Shown: piece after piece, positions 42,935-56,323 of the stretch
How positions within the stretch are numbered: the stretch's first letter is position 1
Layout: each line of letters starts with the position of its first letter
Source: Escherichia coli
GTDB taxonomy: Bacteria > Pseudomonadota > Gammaproteobacteria > Enterobacterales > Enterobacteriaceae
Assembly: GCF_016026235.1 (NCBI RefSeq)
Contig: NZ_CP065613.1
Strand: one strand, 5' to 3'
Length of the DNA stretch: 64,000 nt
The notes under the pieces: generated by a model
The model's input: the letters and a program-made list of their open reading frames with translations, nothing else
Told to the model about the DNA's origin: nothing
Database searches by the model: none
Position numbers and translations under genes: made by a program

Positions 42935-43186
42935 TGGAGCACCTCAAAAACACCATCATACACTAAATCAGTAAGTTGGCAGCATCACCCTCGTTATTAA
43001 AACTGGCGGAGAATGTGATTCGACATTCTCCACTCATACTAAACACACTGTCACTTGACGCAGGGCTGAAAGTTCTACAGCAACGGTATACCAATATGAT
43101 AATGGTTTACTAAATTTTCTGGGGATCCCTCAGGAGCAGTCCCCCACTCCGGCTTAACACGACAATCGCCTTTCAGCGAAACACAA

Positions 43187-43906
43187 TTACTCTTTATCGC
43201 CCAGCAGAACGGATTCCAGTGCGATTTTGATCATGTCGTTGAAGGTGGTCTGACGCTCAGCGGCAGTGGTCTGCTCGTGAGTGCGGATGTGGTCAGACAC
43301 GGTGCAGATGGTCAGGGCTTTCGCGCCAAATTCTGCAGCGACGCCGTAGATACCAGCCGCTTCCATTTCCACGCCGAGGATGCCGTATTTTTCCATCACG
43401 TCGAACATTTCGCCGTCCGGAGAGTAGAACAGGTCAGCGGAGAACAGGTTACCAACGCGAGCATCAATGCCCAGTGCTTTAGCCGCGTCTACCGCGTTAC
43501 GCACCATGTCAAAGTCAGCGATAGCGGCAAAGTCATGATCTTTAAAACGGATGCGGTTAACTTTGGAATCGGTGCAGGCACCCATACCGATAACGACGTC
43601 GCGCAGTTTTACGTGCGGCAGAACTGCGCCACAGGAACCCACGCGGATAATTTTCTTCACGCCGAAATCGGTGATCAGTTCTTTGGTGTAGATGGAGCAG
43701 GACGGGATACCCATACCGTGACCCATTACGGAAATTTTGCGGCCTTTGTAAGTACCGGTGAAGCCCAGCATACCGCGAACGTTGTTCACTTCACGGGCAT
43801 CTTCAAGGAAAGTTTCAGCAATATACTTCGCACGCAGCGGGTCGCCTGGCATCAAAACTACGTCAGCGAAATCGCCCATTTCTGCATTAATGTGTGGGGT
43901 AGCCAT
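43187..43906 (-). CDS. deoD: Purine nucleoside phosphorylase DeoD
   Basis: [33 protein letters not shown]...; 239 aa. Confidence 0.97.
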
Positions 43907-43985
43907 TGTTTTATCCTTATCAACATGTTTTCACCCTCTCCCTGAGGGAGAGGGCCGGGGTGAGGGCATCAAGCCGCACCCATTA

Positions 43986-45230
<1,245 letters not shown>

Positions 45231-45260
45231 TCAAATTTAAATGATCAGATCAGTATACCG

Positions 45261-46583
45261 TTATTCGCTGATACGGCGATAGACAGTTGGTGTGCTTTCC
45301 GGTGCTTTATCGGCAAGTTTAATTGCCGCTTTCACCGCTTTCGCCGCTTCCTGCCAGCTGTTTTCGTCTTTCGCGTGGATAACCGCCAGCGGACGCTGAC
45401 CGTCTACCTGGTCGCCCAAACGCGCCATATCAGTAAAGCCGACGCTGTAATCAATGGTGTCAGATGCCTGACGACGACCGCCGCCCATTGCAACCACTGC
45501 CATCCCCAGCGCGCGGGTATCCATTTCACTGACAAAACCTTCGGTATCAGCATAGACTGCTTTCGTCAGCATCGCTGTCGGCAGATACTTCGCGTAGTTC
45601 TCAACGAAGTCGGTTGGGCCTTTTTGTGCCGCTACCATACGACCAAAGACTTCTGCCGCTTTACCGTTGTCCAGCACTGCTTGCAATTTCGCGCGCGCTT
45701 CGGCGTCATCTTTCGCCAGTTTGCCGGAGATAAGCATCTCCACGCACAGCGCCATCGTGACATCAAACAGACGCGGGTTACGATACTCACCCGTCAGGAA
45801 CTGCACCGCTTCACGAACTTCAACCGCGTTACCTGCACTGGAGGCCAGTACCTGATTCATGTCGGTGAGCAGCGCGGTGGTGCGCACGCCAGCGCCGTTA
45901 GCCACGCCAACAATCGCTTCGGCAAGGGCTTCAGAGAGTTCGTAGGTCGGCATAAACGCGCCGCTACCCACTTTCACGTCCATCACCAGCGCGTCCAGAC
46001 CTTCCGCAAGTTTCTTCGCCAGAATAGAGGCGGTGATCAGCGGGATGGAGTCCACGGTTGCGGTAATATCACGGGTCGCGTAGAAACGTTTATCCGCCGG
46101 AGCCAGTGAGCTGGTCTGACCGATAATCGCCACGCCGACGTCTTTAATAATTTCGCGGAAACGGTTGTCATCCGGGAAAATGTCGAAGCCAGGGATGGAT
46201 TCCAGTTTGTCGAGCGTACCGCCAGTATGACCGAGGCCGCGACCAGAGATCATCGGAATATAGCCGCCGCAGGCTGCGACCATCGGCCCCAACATCAGCG
46301 AAGTCACATCGCCGACGCCACCAGTGGAATGTTTATCAACAATCGGGCCATTCAGATGCAGGCTTTTCCAGTCGAGAACGGTTCCTGAATCTCGCATCGC
46401 CATGGTCAGCGAGACACGCTCAGGCATTGTCATATCGTGGAAGAAAATGGTCATCGCGAGGGCGGCAATCTGCCCTTCGGAGATAGTGTTGTCGCGAATG
46501 CCGTTGATAAAGAAACGAATTTCTTCATCGCTCAGTGCATGACCATCACGTTTTTTACGAATAATTTCTTGTGCGAGAAACAA
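45261..46583 (-). CDS. deoA: Thymidine phosphorylase
   Basis: [44 protein letters not shown]...; 440 aa. Confidence 0.97.
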
Positions 46584-46611
46584 GGTAACCTCCCGAGGAA
46601 AAGAGTATGAG

Positions 46612-46700
46612 GCGGCTTTTGCCGGATGCGTCTACGCCTTATCCGGCCTACGGGTAGATACGTCTCGTAGGCCTGATAAGCGCAGCGCATCAGGCGTAAA
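46612..46700. repeat. REP element pair
   Basis: TGCCGGATGCGTCTACGCCTTATCCGGCCTAC ... GTAGGCCTGATAAGCGCAGCGCATCAGGCG. Confidence 0.7.
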
Positions 46701-46709
46701 GCATCTTAC

Positions 46710-47489
46710 TTAGTAGCTGCTGGCGCTCTTACCGTCACCGTGGCCCAGCGCTTTCAACAGGCTTGCCAGCAGGCTGGAAGCACCAAAGCGGTAGTGACGC
46801 GCATCTGCCCAGTCAGCACCGAACAGTTCATCTGCGATGGCGAGATATTTCTGCGCATCTTCCGCAGTACGCACGCCGCCCGCTGGTTTGAAACCAACGG
46901 TTTTTTCTACGCCCATATCACGGATCACTTCCATCATGATGCGCGCGCTTTCCGGCGTCGCGTTCACAGCCACTTTACCGGTAGAGGTTTTGATGAAGTC
47001 CGCACCCGCTTTGATGGAGATTTCAGACGCTTTACGGATCAGCGCTTCGTCTTTCAGTTCGCCGGTTTCGATGATCACTTTCAGCAGTACGTTAGCCGCA
47101 GCGCAAGCCTCTTTACAGGCTTTCACCAGGTCAAAACCAACCTGCTCGTTACCCGCCATCAGCGCGCGGTACGGGAACACCACGTCAACTTCATCGGCAC
47201 CGTAGGCGATTGCCGCACGGGTTTCTGCCAGCGCAATGTCGATGTCGTCGTTACCGTGTGGGAAGTTAGTTACCGTAGCGATACGGATTTCCGGGGTGCC
47301 CTGCTCTTTCAGAGTTTTGCGAGCAATCGGGATAAAGCGAGGATAGATACAGATAGCGGCGGTATTGCCGACCGGAGTTTTGGCCTGATGACACAGGGCG
47401 ATCACTTTCTCGTCGGTGTCGTCGTCATTCAGGGTGGTCAGGTCCATCAATTTCAGTGCACGCAGGCTGCTTGCTTTCAGATCAGTCAT
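46710..47489 (-). CDS. deoC: Deoxyribose-phosphate aldolase
   Basis: [54 protein letters not shown]...; 259 aa; AGGAG Shine-Dalgarno. Confidence 0.97.
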   Translation of the reverse strand: MTDLKASSLRALKLMDLTTLNDDDTDEKVIALCHQAKTPVGNTAAICIYPRFIPIARKTLKEQGTPEIRIATVTNFPHGNDDIDIALAETRAAIAYGADEVDVVFPYRALMAGNEQVGFDLVKACKEACAAANVLLKVIIETGELKDEALIRKASEISIKAGADFIKTSTGKVAVNATPESARIMMEVIRDMGVEKTVGFKPAGGVRTAEDAQKYLAIADELFGADWADARHYRFGASSLLASLLKALGHGDGKSASSY

Positions 47490-47533
47490 TTCATTCTCCT
47501 GGCTTGTCGCCAATAAAATTCACCTTGCGAGTT

Positions 47534-47549
47534 TGTTAGTATTCTAACA
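47534..47549. promoter_or_regulatory. DeoR operator (deoO2-like) overlapping a TAGAAT -10
   Basis: TGTTAGTATTCTAACA, a 16-bp palindrome about 45 bp upstream of the deoC ATG. Confidence 0.65.
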
Positions 47550-47746
47550 TCTACTCCGCAACACACTTCGATGTACATCACAATTAAGGAAATCTACTTA
47601 CAAGTTTGCATCACTGTAATGCGATCTGGTTCAAATAATTCACTTTCAAATGAATGCGTCAGTGGTGGCAAACGCATCAGGATCAAAGTGAACATCACGA
47701 AACTTCTTACAATGGCGCATCACCTTCGGCATAAAAGGAAAAGAAG

Positions 47747-49297
47747 ATGCCCACTTCTCATGAAAATGCACTGCAACAACGTTGCCAGCAAATTGTCACC
47801 AGCCCGGTACTTAGCCCGGAGCAGAAGCGCCATTTTCTGGCACTGGAAGCAGAAAACAATCTGCCTTATCCGCAGCTTCCTGCCGAAGCCCGCCGCGCGC
47901 TGGATGAGGGGGTAATCTGCGATATGTTTGAAGGTCATGCGCCGTACAAACCGCGCTATGTCTTACCCGATTACGCCCGTTTTCTGGCGCACGGTTCCGA
48001 ATGGCTGGAGCTGGAAGGCGCGAAAGACCTTGATGACGCACTCTCTCTGCTCACCATTCTTTACCACCATGTACCGTCGGTCACATCGATGCCGGTCTAC
48101 CTGGGGCAACTGGATGCGTTGTTGCAACCGTATGTTAGAATTCTAACGCAAGACGAGATCGATATTCGAATAAAACGTTTCTGGCGTTACCTCGACAGAA
48201 CCCTGCCAGATGCCTTTATGCACGCCAATATCGGCCCGTCTGATTCGCCCATTACCCGCGCAATCTTACGTGCAGACGCAGAGTTGAAGCAGGTTTCACC
48301 GAACCTGACCTTTATCTACGATCCTGAAATCACCCCTGATGACCTGCTGCTGGAAGTGGCGAAGAACATCTGTGAATGTAGCAAACCGCACATCGCCAAC
48401 GGTCCGGTGCATGATAAAATTTTCACAAAAGGGGGCTACGGGATTGTGAGCTGTTACAACTCACTGCCGCTGGCGGGTGGTGGCAGCACGCTGGTACGCC
48501 TAAACCTGAAAGCCATTGCCGAGCGCAGTGAATCGCTGGAGGACTTCTTTACGCACACTCTACCGCACTACTGCCAGCAGCAGATCGCCATCATCGATGC
48601 GCGGTGTGAATTCCTCTATCAACAATCACACTTCTTTGAGAATAGCTTCCTGGTGAAAGAAGGGCTGATTAACCCTGAACGTTTTGTGCCAATGTTTGGC
48701 ATGTATGGGCTGGCGGAAGCGGTTAACTTGCTGTGTAAGAAAGAAGGGATTGCCGCGCGCTACGGTAAAGAAGCCGCCGCAAATGAAGTGGGTTATCGCA
48801 TCAGCGCGCAACTGGCGGAGTTTGTCGCCAATACCCCCGTGAAATATGGCTGGCAAAAACGCGCCATGTTACACGCACAGTCGGGGATCAGTTCCGATAT
48901 CGGCACCACGCCGGGCGCGCGTTTGCCGTATGGTGATGAGCCAGATCCGATCACCCATCTGCAAACTGTCGCCCCGCATCATGCTTATTATTATTCCGGC
49001 ATCAGCGACATTCTGACGCTCGACGAAACCATCAAACGTAATCCGCAGGCGCTGGTACAGCTTTGCCTCGGTGCCTTTAAAGCCGGAATGCGTGAATTTA
49101 CTGCCAATGTCAGCGGTAACGATCTGGTTCGCGTTACCGGTTATATGGTGCGTTTGTCGGATTTAGAAAAATATCGCGCCGAAGGTTCACGCACCAACAC
49201 CACCTGGCTGGGCGAAGAAGCCGCACGCAACACTCGTATTCTGGAACGCCAGCCGCGCGTGATAAGCCATGAACAGCAGATGCGCTTTAGTCAGTAA
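47747..49297 (+). CDS. yjjI: DUF3029 glycyl-radical-enzyme-like protein YjjI
   Basis: 516 aa, K-12 synteny; adjacent to the radical-SAM activase gene. Confidence 0.9.
   Translation: MPTSHENALQQRCQQIVTSPVLSPEQKRHFLALEAENNLPYPQLPAEARRALDEGVICDMFEGHAPYKPRYVLPDYARFLAHGSEWLELEGAKDLDDALSLLTILYHHVPSVTSMPVYLGQLDALLQPYVRILTQDEIDIRIKRFWRYLDRTLPDAFMHANIGPSDSPITRAILRADAELKQVSPNLTFIYDPEITPDDLLLEVAKNICECSKPHIANGPVHDKIFTKGGYGIVSCYNSLPLAGGGSTLVRLNLKAIAERSESLEDFFTHTLPHYCQQQIAIIDARCEFLYQQSHFFENSFLVKEGLINPERFVPMFGMYGLAEAVNLLCKKEGIAARYGKEAAANEVGYRISAQLAEFVANTPVKYGWQKRAMLHAQSGISSDIGTTPGARLPYGDEPDPITHLQTVAPHHAYYYSGISDILTLDETIKRNPQALVQLCLGAFKAGMREFTANVSGNDLVRVTGYMVRLSDLEKYRAEGSRTNTTWLGEEAARNTRILERQPRVISHEQQMRFSQ
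48133..48148. promoter_or_regulatory. DeoR operator (deoO1-like) with TAGAAT -10
   Basis: TGTTAGAATTCTAACG, exactly 599 bp from the 47534 site, which is the classical deoP1-deoP2 operator spacing. Confidence 0.6.
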
Positions 49298-50132
49298 GAT
49301 TATCCCCTTCTCCTGCGTTGACGGGCCAGGCAGTCGTCTGGCTCTGTTTTTGCAGGGCTGCAATCTGCGCTGCAAAAACTGTCACAATCCGTGGACGATG
49401 GGACGTTGCAATGACTGTGGGGAGTGCGTGCCACAGTGTCCGCATCAGGCGTTGCAGATTGTTGACGGCAAAGTGGTGTGGAACGCAGTGGTTTGCGAGC
49501 AGTGTGATACCTGCCTGAAGAGGTGTCCGCAACATGCCACGCCAATGGCGCAATCCATGAGCGTGGACGAAGTGCTTAGCCATGTCCGCAAAGCGGTGCT
49601 GTTTATTGAAGGGATAACGGTAAGCGGCGGCGAAGCCACGACCCAACTGCCGTTTGTAGTGGCGCTGTTTACTGCTATCAAAAACGATCCGCAACTGCGC
49701 CACCTCACCTGCCTGGTGGACAGTAACGGCATGTTGAGCGAAACCGGCTGGGAAAAATTACTCCCGGTGTGTGACGGCGCAATGCTCGATCTCAAAGCGT
49801 GGGGGAGCGAATGTCATCAGCAATTAACCGGACGCGATAATCAGCAGATTAAGCGCAGCATCTGTTTGCTGGCAGAGCGCGGTAAGCTGGCGGAACTGCG
49901 TTTGCTGGTGATCCCTGGCCAGGTGGATTATTTGCAACACATCGAAGAACTGGCGGCGTTTATCAAGGGACTCGGCGATGTTCCGGTACGCCTGAACGCG
50001 TTTCATGCCCACGGCGTGTATGGCGAGGCGCAAAGCTGGGCGAGCGCCACGCCGGAAGACGTTGAGCCGTTGGCTGATGCGTTAAAGGTGCGCGGGGTGA
50101 GCCGGTTGATATTTCCGGCGCTCTATTTGTGA
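49269..50132 (+). CDS. yjjW: Glycyl-radical enzyme activating protein YjjW (radical SAM)
   Basis: Cys-rich motifs ([10 protein letters not shown], CxxCxxC ferredoxin-like); 287 aa. Confidence 0.9.
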   Translation: MNSRCALVSKIIPFSCVDGPGSRLALFLQGCNLRCKNCHNPWTMGRCNDCGECVPQCPHQALQIVDGKVVWNAVVCEQCDTCLKRCPQHATPMAQSMSVDEVLSHVRKAVLFIEGITVSGGEATTQLPFVVALFTAIKNDPQLRHLTCLVDSNGMLSETGWEKLLPVCDGAMLDLKAWGSECHQQLTGRDNQQIKRSICLLAERGKLAELRLLVIPGQVDYLQHIEELAAFIKGLGDVPVRLNAFHAHGVYGEAQSWASATPEDVEPLADALKVRGVSRLIFPALYL

Positions 50133-50242
50133 CATGCCGGATACGGCCTACGGTTCGGCACAAACCTGTAGGCATGATAAGACGCGTTAAGCGTCGCATC
50201 AGGCATTATGCGCCGACTGCCGGATGCTGCCTACGAAGGGTA
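50133..50242. repeat. REP/BIME cluster
   Basis: TGCCGGATACGGCCTACG..., GTAGGCATGATAAGACGCG..., GCCGGATGCTGCCTACG units. Confidence 0.7.
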
Positions 50243-50244
50243 AA

Positions 50245-51027
50245 CTACCCACTAACGCTAAACAACGCATACGTATTATTAAGCAACACTTCGGCAATCT
50301 CATCTTCTGGTTCCGGGCGCAACTCGCAAAGCACGTCAAACACCCGCACAGCCTGTTCCGGTCGGTTAGGCTGCCCCTGAAAGCCGTTGAGCGGCATATC
50401 CGGCGCGTCGGTTTCCAGCAACAACGATGCCAGCGGTAATTTTGCGATGACATCGCGGGTTTTACTGGCGCGTGGATAGGTGATAGTACCGCCTACGCCG
50501 ATTTTGTAGCCCAGCTGTACAAACCGCTCGGCCTGTTGCAGGCTGCCGGAAAAACCGTGAACCACGCCAGTGCACGGTAAATCGTGACGTTTAAGATGCA
50601 TCGCCAGTTTGTCGTGTGTACGCCGGGAATGAAGGATCACCGGCAGATCGTAGCGTTTCGCCAGTTTCAGCTGTTCGTCGAGTAACCACTGCTGCCTCTC
50701 AAATTGCGGATCGTCGCCGAAGAGATCCAGACCGATCTCCCCCACCGCCACCACCTTCGCCGGACGCCTTTCCAGCGCCTGCTGTAGCTGATCAAGAGAC
50801 ACATCGCTATGTTTTTCCAACATCCCCGGATGCAACCCCAATGCGGCATACAGCGGTTGATATTTTTCCGCTAACGCCTGCACGCGGGCAAAATTTTCCG
50901 CCTCTGTCGCCGGAACAATGATCTTGCCTACGCCCGCTTGTGCCGCGCGTTGCAGGCTGGCCTCTTCATCGCCACTAAACGGCGGGAAATCAAAATGGCA
51001 GTGGGTATCGATAAAACGGCAAATCAA
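50245..51027 (-). CDS. yjjV: TatD-family metal-dependent hydrolase YjjV
   Basis: MICRFIDTHCHFDFPPF..., 260 aa. Confidence 0.9.
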   Translation of the reverse strand: MICRFIDTHCHFDFPPFSGDEEASLQRAAQAGVGKIIVPATEAENFARVQALAEKYQPLYAALGLHPGMLEKHSDVSLDQLQQALERRPAKVVAVGEIGLDLFGDDPQFERQQWLLDEQLKLAKRYDLPVILHSRRTHDKLAMHLKRHDLPCTGVVHGFSGSLQQAERFVQLGYKIGVGGTITYPRASKTRDVIAKLPLASLLLETDAPDMPLNGFQGQPNRPEQAVRVFDVLCELRPEPEDEIAEVLLNNTYALFSVSG

Positions 51028-52097
51028 GCCAGATCCTCATTGTTAAATGTCGGGTCGTTCGCCTGCGGAGCATCGCTCACTTCGGCAACCAGCGTATCGT
51101 TGGCGACTGGCGCAGGCGGAATAACGATCGATTCCGGCGTCACCACTGGCACCAGATGGCGGGTAAGCGGCGCTTTTTCAGTTAATAGCTTGCCAACCGT
51201 GGCGAGGAAATAACGACCGCATAAACGCCCAAGTTTATAGTCTTCACGCAGCGCCGGAATCCGACTGCCAAGCGCGATACTATGTAATGGCTTCGGTGGA
51301 TAAATTTCGAATATCCGCAGCTTGCCCGGTGGTTTCTCAATAAATTGCTGAATGTCACGATAGCTGGTTTCATGATGCTGCACCAGATTGACCAGCGGCT
51401 GCAGGCTACTGTCACCCAGCCAGCGTTCCATGCGTTTGAACCACTGCGGCGTGTAGTACATTTGTGACGGCACAGTGCGGATGACGACCAACGTTTTAGC
51501 GCCCTGCCTTGCCGCCTCTTTAACCGGAATCGCATCACTGATCCCGCCATCCAGGTAGTTAATGCCTTCCAGCGACACTCCGCTACGATAAAAGCCAGGT
51601 ATCGCACTGGAGGCGCGAATCACATCCAGCCAGTTTTGTTTGGTTGGTAAAAAGTAATTAGGCGCGTAGTCATCCTGACGACAGGCGCACATATAAAACG
51701 ATTTGCCGCCGTCAAACAACCGCGCGGCGGTATCCATTTGCAACGGCATCTGGCTTGCGGTGGCCTCCACCAGCCAGTCGAGATCGATAAGATTTCCTCC
51801 ACGGACAAAGCGCAATGGATCGAAAAATTCGCGTTTTGTGGTATAGCGCATGATGACTTTGCGCGCGTAACCGGGCTGATTGCAGATAAACGCCGAGAGG
51901 TTCTGCGCCCCGGCAGATGTGCCGAGATAAAGATCGAAAGGATTAAACTGCGCGCGCATAAACTCATCCAGCACGCCAGCCGTGAAAATTCCACGCTGTC
52001 CGCCGCCTTCGCACACCAGAGCTATTCGTCCAGGCTGGAACGGCCTTAGCGACAACGGCGCAATATTACCAAGCGTTACAGGTATTCGCTGCCCCAC
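51024..52097 (-). CDS. yjjU: Patatin-like phospholipase YjjU
   Basis: GGGQRG and GTSAG patatin motifs; probable GTG start giving 357 aa (the ORF track starts at 52133). Confidence 0.85.
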   Translation of the reverse strand: MGQRIPVTLGNIAPLSLRPFQPGRIALVCEGGGQRGIFTAGVLDEFMRAQFNPFDLYLGTSAGAQNLSAFICNQPGYARKVIMRYTTKREFFDPLRFVRGGNLIDLDWLVEATASQMPLQMDTAARLFDGGKSFYMCACRQDDYAPNYFLPTKQNWLDVIRASSAIPGFYRSGVSLEGINYLDGGISDAIPVKEAARQGAKTLVVIRTVPSQMYYTPQWFKRMERWLGDSSLQPLVNLVQHHETSYRDIQQFIEKPPGKLRIFEIYPPKPLHSIALGSRIPALREDYKLGRLCGRYFLATVGKLLTEKAPLTRHLVPVVTPESIVIPPAPVANDTLVAEVSDAPQANDPTFNNEDLA

Positions 52098-52218
52098 CTC
52101 TGCCTTCCTGTTTTTGTTGTGAAAGAATGACAAAGTAACGCAATTTATTATTCGCTAAAACCGCAAAAGCCAGTCCGCTGGACTGGCTTTGGATAAAATT
52201 TTCTTAATGGTCTGAAAT

Positions 52219-52380
52219 CTAGGGTCGTTTTCGGCCCATGAACAAACTCACCAGGAACAGAATAATCCCGACGACAAAGACAATTTTAGCTGCGCCTGCA
52301 GCGGTACCGGCCAGACCACCAAACCCAAGTGCGGCGGCGATTAACGCGATAACCAGAAATATGATGCCCCAACGAAACAT
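52219..52380 (-). CDS. ytjA: Small membrane protein YtjA (DUF1328)
   Basis: [53 protein letters not shown]; 53 aa. Confidence 0.85.
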
Positions 52381-52506
52381 AAGCGTCTCCTTTACCATAG
52401 TTAATGTCACCGCTTGATATGAGCGTGAAAATCACTCAATGCGATATTTTTAGTGTGGTGCACATCGCGCCTCCCGACAAAGTTCGGGAGGTCGAATTAC
52501 GACGAA

Positions 52507-53112
52507 TTACTTAGTTTTCAGATCATTTTTAACGCTTTTCACACCATCTACCGCTTTGGCGATACTTTCAGCACAGTCACTTTGTGCCTGAGAATCTACG
52601 GTACCGGAGAGCTGAACCACACCATCGGTGGTTTCAACTTTCACTTTACGTGAAGGAACGATATCGTCCGCCAGCAGTTTGGCTTTGATTTCACTGGTGG
52701 TGGCGGTGTCACCCGCGTAGCCCTTCACAGAGCCTTCTTTAGCGTCGCGAACGTGCAGTTTGTCGCTGACAGAGGTCACGCCTTCAACGCCTTTCGCCAC
52801 TTTCACTGCCTCTTCGGCCTGGGCCTGGCTTTCAACGAAACCGCTCAGGGTCACGACTTTTTGATCGGTTTTGACAGAGATATCGGTGCTCTTGATGTTG
52901 TCATGATCCACCAGGGCCGCCTTCACTTTCGCGGTGATGGCGCTGTCATCCATGAAATTACCGACTTTATTCATAGAGCTATCGACTTTTTGCCCTGCGC
53001 TTTCATTGGTAGTCTGTGCGTTGTTTTCCGCGTAGGCAGAGCCGGTCGCGACGGCAGAGGTCAACATTACAGCCAGCAGAGTTTTCGAAATCTTCAGTCT
53101 TGTCATAGTCAT
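52507..53112 (-). CDS. osmY: Osmotically inducible periplasmic protein OsmY
   Basis: [28 protein letters not shown] signal peptide and two BON domains; 201 aa. Confidence 0.93.
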   Translation of the reverse strand: MTMTRLKISKTLLAVMLTSAVATGSAYAENNAQTTNESAGQKVDSSMNKVGNFMDDSAITAKVKAALVDHDNIKSTDISVKTDQKVVTLSGFVESQAQAEEAVKVAKGVEGVTSVSDKLHVRDAKEGSVKGYAGDTATTSEIKAKLLADDIVPSRKVKVETTDGVVQLSGTVDSQAQSDCAESIAKAVDGVKSVKNDLKTK

Positions 53113-53504
53113 CGATTTATTCCTGTATGTTTGCTCGTAATTTGAGCCTGGCAACACGAGGTTGCATTGCTGAATAGGGAGAGACTTCACCCTCTACAGA
53201 AGTCAATGGTCGCCATCACAAAAGCGATGGGTGATGAATAACGACCATTACAGCCTCTGAATCAGTTATTAATATCGGTAGAATGACAATCGACGGCTTT
53301 AGATACTGATATCTACGCATTGAACGGTATTTAACGCCATCAGAAATGTCATTACTTTGTTAAATATAGATCACAATTTTGAAACCGCTCGGGATATCCC
53401 CTAAAACATAAGCAAAAGTGAATGTTTTAAGAACATTCCGTAAGCGGCTAATAAGGAAGGGAAATTGACAGGGCGCAGCGGCTACCGCGCCCTGGAGGCT
53501 AGAA

Positions 53505-55094
53505 TTAATGCTCGCGGGTCTGGTGGAACTGAACGTCCGGATAACGTTCCTGCGCCAGGCGCAGATTGACCATGCTGGTAGCGATGTAAGCGAGGTTATC
53601 GCCGCCATCAAGCGCCAGTTGGCTTTCGTTCTTACGCTTGAACTCTTCGAATTTCTTCGCGTCCGCACATTCTACCCAGCGGGCGGTGGCAACGTTGACT
53701 GACTCATACACTGCTTCAACGTTGTATTCGCTCTTCAGGCGCGCTACCACCACATCAAACTGCAGCACACCAACCGCGCCAACGATCAGATCGTTGTTGG
53801 AGATCGGACGGAACACCTGCACCGCCCCCTCTTCGGAAAGCTGTACCAGCCCTTTGAGCAGCTGTTTTTGCTTCAGCGGATCTTTCAGGCGGATACGACG
53901 GAACAGTTCTGGTGCGAAGTTCGGAATACCGGTGAACTTCATCATCTCACCCTGGGTAAAGGTGTCGCCGATCTGAATAGTGCCGTGGTTGTGCAGGCCG
54001 AGGATATCGCCCGGATACGCTTCTTCAACGTGCGAACGGTCGCCCGCCATAAAGGTCAGCGCGTCGGAGATAACCACATCTTTCGCAGTACGCACCTGGC
54101 GCAGCTTCATGCCTTTTTCATATTTACCGGATACTACGCGCATAAACGCCACGCGGTCGCGGTGTTTCGGGTCCATGTTGGCCTGAATTTTAAATACGAA
54201 GCCGGTAAATTTGTCTTCGCTCGCCTCTACGGTACGGGTATCAGTCTGACGCGGCATCGGCGCAGGAGCCCACTCCACCAGGCCATCCAGCATATGATCA
54301 ACGCCGAAGTTACCCAGCGCAGTACCGAAGAATACCGGAGTGATTTCGCCCGCAAGGAACAATTCTTTGTCGAACTCGTTAGACGCGCCTTTCACCAGTT
54401 CCAGTTCGTCACGTAGCTGCTGTGCCAGATCTTCACCAACCGCAGCGTCGAGAGCCGGGTTATTCAGCCCTTTAACAATACGGACTTCCTGAATCGTGTG
54501 GCCTTTACCGCTCTGATAGAGATAGGTTTCGTCTTTATAAAGGTGGTAAACGCCTTTAAACAGCTTGCCGCAGCCAATCGGCCAGGTGATCGGTGCGCAG
54601 CCGATTTTCAGCTCGTTCTCAACTTCATCGAGCAGTTCCATCGGGTCGCGGATATCACGGTCAAGTTTGTTCATAAAGGTGAGGATCGGCGTGTCGCGCA
54701 GACGGGTAACTTCCATCAGCTTACGGGTACGATCTTCAACACCTTTTGCAGCGTCGATAACCATCAGGCAGCAGTCCACCGCCGTCAGGGTACGATAGGT
54801 ATCTTCCGAGAAGTCTTCGTGCCCCGGGGTGTCGAGCAGGTTAACCAGGCAATCGTGATACGGAAACTGCATCACAGACGTAGTAATGGAGATCCCACGC
54901 TGCTTTTCCATCTCCATCCAGTCCGACTTAGCGTGCTGGTTGGAACCACGGCCTTTTACTGTACCGGCGGTCTGAATGGCCTGTCCGAACAGCAGCACCT
55001 TCTCGGTGATGGTAGTCTTACCGGCATCCGGGTGAGAAATAATGGCAAAAGTGCGGCGCTTCGCCACCTCTTGCAAATAAGGAGACAACGTCAT
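53505..55094 (-). CDS. prfC: Peptide chain release factor 3
   Basis: [35 protein letters not shown]... GTPase; 529 aa. Confidence 0.97.
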   Translation of the reverse strand: MTLSPYLQEVAKRRTFAIISHPDAGKTTITEKVLLFGQAIQTAGTVKGRGSNQHAKSDWMEMEKQRGISITTSVMQFPYHDCLVNLLDTPGHEDFSEDTYRTLTAVDCCLMVIDAAKGVEDRTRKLMEVTRLRDTPILTFMNKLDRDIRDPMELLDEVENELKIGCAPITWPIGCGKLFKGVYHLYKDETYLYQSGKGHTIQEVRIVKGLNNPALDAAVGEDLAQQLRDELELVKGASNEFDKELFLAGEITPVFFGTALGNFGVDHMLDGLVEWAPAPMPRQTDTRTVEASEDKFTGFVFKIQANMDPKHRDRVAFMRVVSGKYEKGMKLRQVRTAKDVVISDALTFMAGDRSHVEEAYPGDILGLHNHGTIQIGDTFTQGEMMKFTGIPNFAPELFRRIRLKDPLKQKQLLKGLVQLSEEGAVQVFRPISNNDLIVGAVGVLQFDVVVARLKSEYNVEAVYESVNVATARWVECADAKKFEEFKRKNESQLALDGGDNLAYIATSMVNLRLAQERYPDVQFHQTREH

Positions 55095-55184
55095 AATTCT
55101 TTCTTCTTGAGTAAGCGGCATCGCGCCGCGCTTGTTGAAAACGAAAAATTGCGGCTATTTTACCCATCAACGGGGGGGAGGCAA

Positions 55185-55862
55185 TCAGTGTTTACACAGG
55201 AGCTGCTCCAGTTCGTGCAACGAAGAAACGGTCCAGGTGGGCGCGATGCCTTCTGGTTGCTCGCGATGGTGCGCATTCAGCCAGCAGGTCGCAAGCCCGG
55301 CGTTGATGCCACCGAGAATATCGGACTCGGCAGTGTCGCCAACCATCAGCACGCGTGAACGGTCAGGATTGCCCGCCTGTTCCAGCGCATAATCGAAAAT
55401 TTTCTTATTCGGTTTGGCAACGCCAACTTCTTCGGAAATCACCAGCAAATCGAAGTAATCACGCAGGCCCGTGCGTTCCAGACGCACTTGCTGCAAGGCG
55501 CTAAAGCCGTTGGTGATGATGCCGATTTTGGCGTTGCCACGAATGGCGTTAAGCAGAGAAACCGCGCCCGGCAGCGGCGTGCAGATTTCCGCCATCGCAT
55601 TAATAAAGGCATCGTTAAGCAAGCCTGCTTCAACTTTCAGCCGTTCGGCCCAGCTCTCAAAACGCCCGTGCTGAAGCTGTAATGAAGTGATCGCGCCGTT
55701 TTGATAATCCACCCACAGTGGCTTGTTAACGGCCTGATAGTCCTGAAAATCTTCAGCGGTAAAGGTGACGCTGTAATCAAGAAACATCCGCTGCAGGCCG
55801 GTGAATGAGTCAAAGGTAAACAGCGTTTCATCGGCATCAAAGAAAATCCAGTCCCACTTCAT
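55185..55862 (-). CDS. yjjG: HAD-family pyrimidine 5'-nucleotidase YjjG
   Basis: [17 protein letters not shown]...; 225 aa. Confidence 0.93.
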   Translation of the reverse strand: MKWDWIFFDADETLFTFDSFTGLQRMFLDYSVTFTAEDFQDYQAVNKPLWVDYQNGAITSLQLQHGRFESWAERLKVEAGLLNDAFINAMAEICTPLPGAVSLLNAIRGNAKIGIITNGFSALQQVRLERTGLRDYFDLLVISEEVGVAKPNKKIFDYALEQAGNPDRSRVLMVGDTAESDILGGINAGLATCWLNAHHREQPEGIAPTWTVSSLHELEQLLCKH

Positions 55863-55876
55863 TATTCCACCTTGTC

Positions 55877-56323
55877 TTACATACTGATTGGCAACGCCAT
55901 GATGATGGCGTCTTCGCGACCGTCCGTGGTGGGGTAGTAATTGCGGCGAATCGTCGCCTCGTTAAAGCCTAAACTTTCGTACAGGGCAATGGCGGCAGCA
56001 TTTGAGGCACGGACTTCCAGCCATAGTGTCGCCACGCCGCGTTTTTCCAGTTCGTCGATCAGATGTTCCAGCAGCGCCCTTCCCAATCCCTGACGCTGAT
56101 AGTCAGGATCGACCGCAATATTGAACAATGTAGCTTCATCCAGCACCACTTGCGTAATCGCAAACGCCGCCATTTTGCCGTTTTGCGTTAACTGAAAGTT
56201 GAGATAACGCTCGCCCTGGTTGCTGGCAAAGGTTTTTTCACTCCACGGAAAGGCGTGGGCGCGTTGTTCAATGTGGTAAGCCGCTGGTAAATCAGTCGTT
56301 TCGAGGGAAGAAATCGTGTTCAT
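55877..56323 (-). CDS. rimI: Ribosomal protein S18 alanine N-acetyltransferase RimI
   Basis: GNAT fold; 148 aa. Confidence 0.95.
   Translation of the reverse strand: MNTISSLETTDLPAAYHIEQRAHAFPWSEKTFASNQGERYLNFQLTQNGKMAAFAITQVVLDEATLFNIAVDPDYQRQGLGRALLEHLIDELEKRGVATLWLEVRASNAAAIALYESLGFNEATIRRNYYPTTDGREDAIIMALPISM

Larger units (their letters stand above)
42222..42989 (-). mobile_element. IS1
   Basis: Terminal repeats GGTAATGACTCCAACTTATTGATAGTG and GGTGATGCTGCCAACTTACTGAT (reverse complement at 42966-42988); about 768 bp. Confidence 0.92.
41893..43133 (+). mobile_element. Second copy of the IS10-like element, disrupted by IS1 and an internal deletion of about 0.8 kb
   Basis: Same termini as the copy at 6418-7711 in opposite orientation; 41893-42221 and 42989-43133 match the two ends of that copy; flanked by direct repeat GAGCAGTCC(C). 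Confidence 0.8.
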
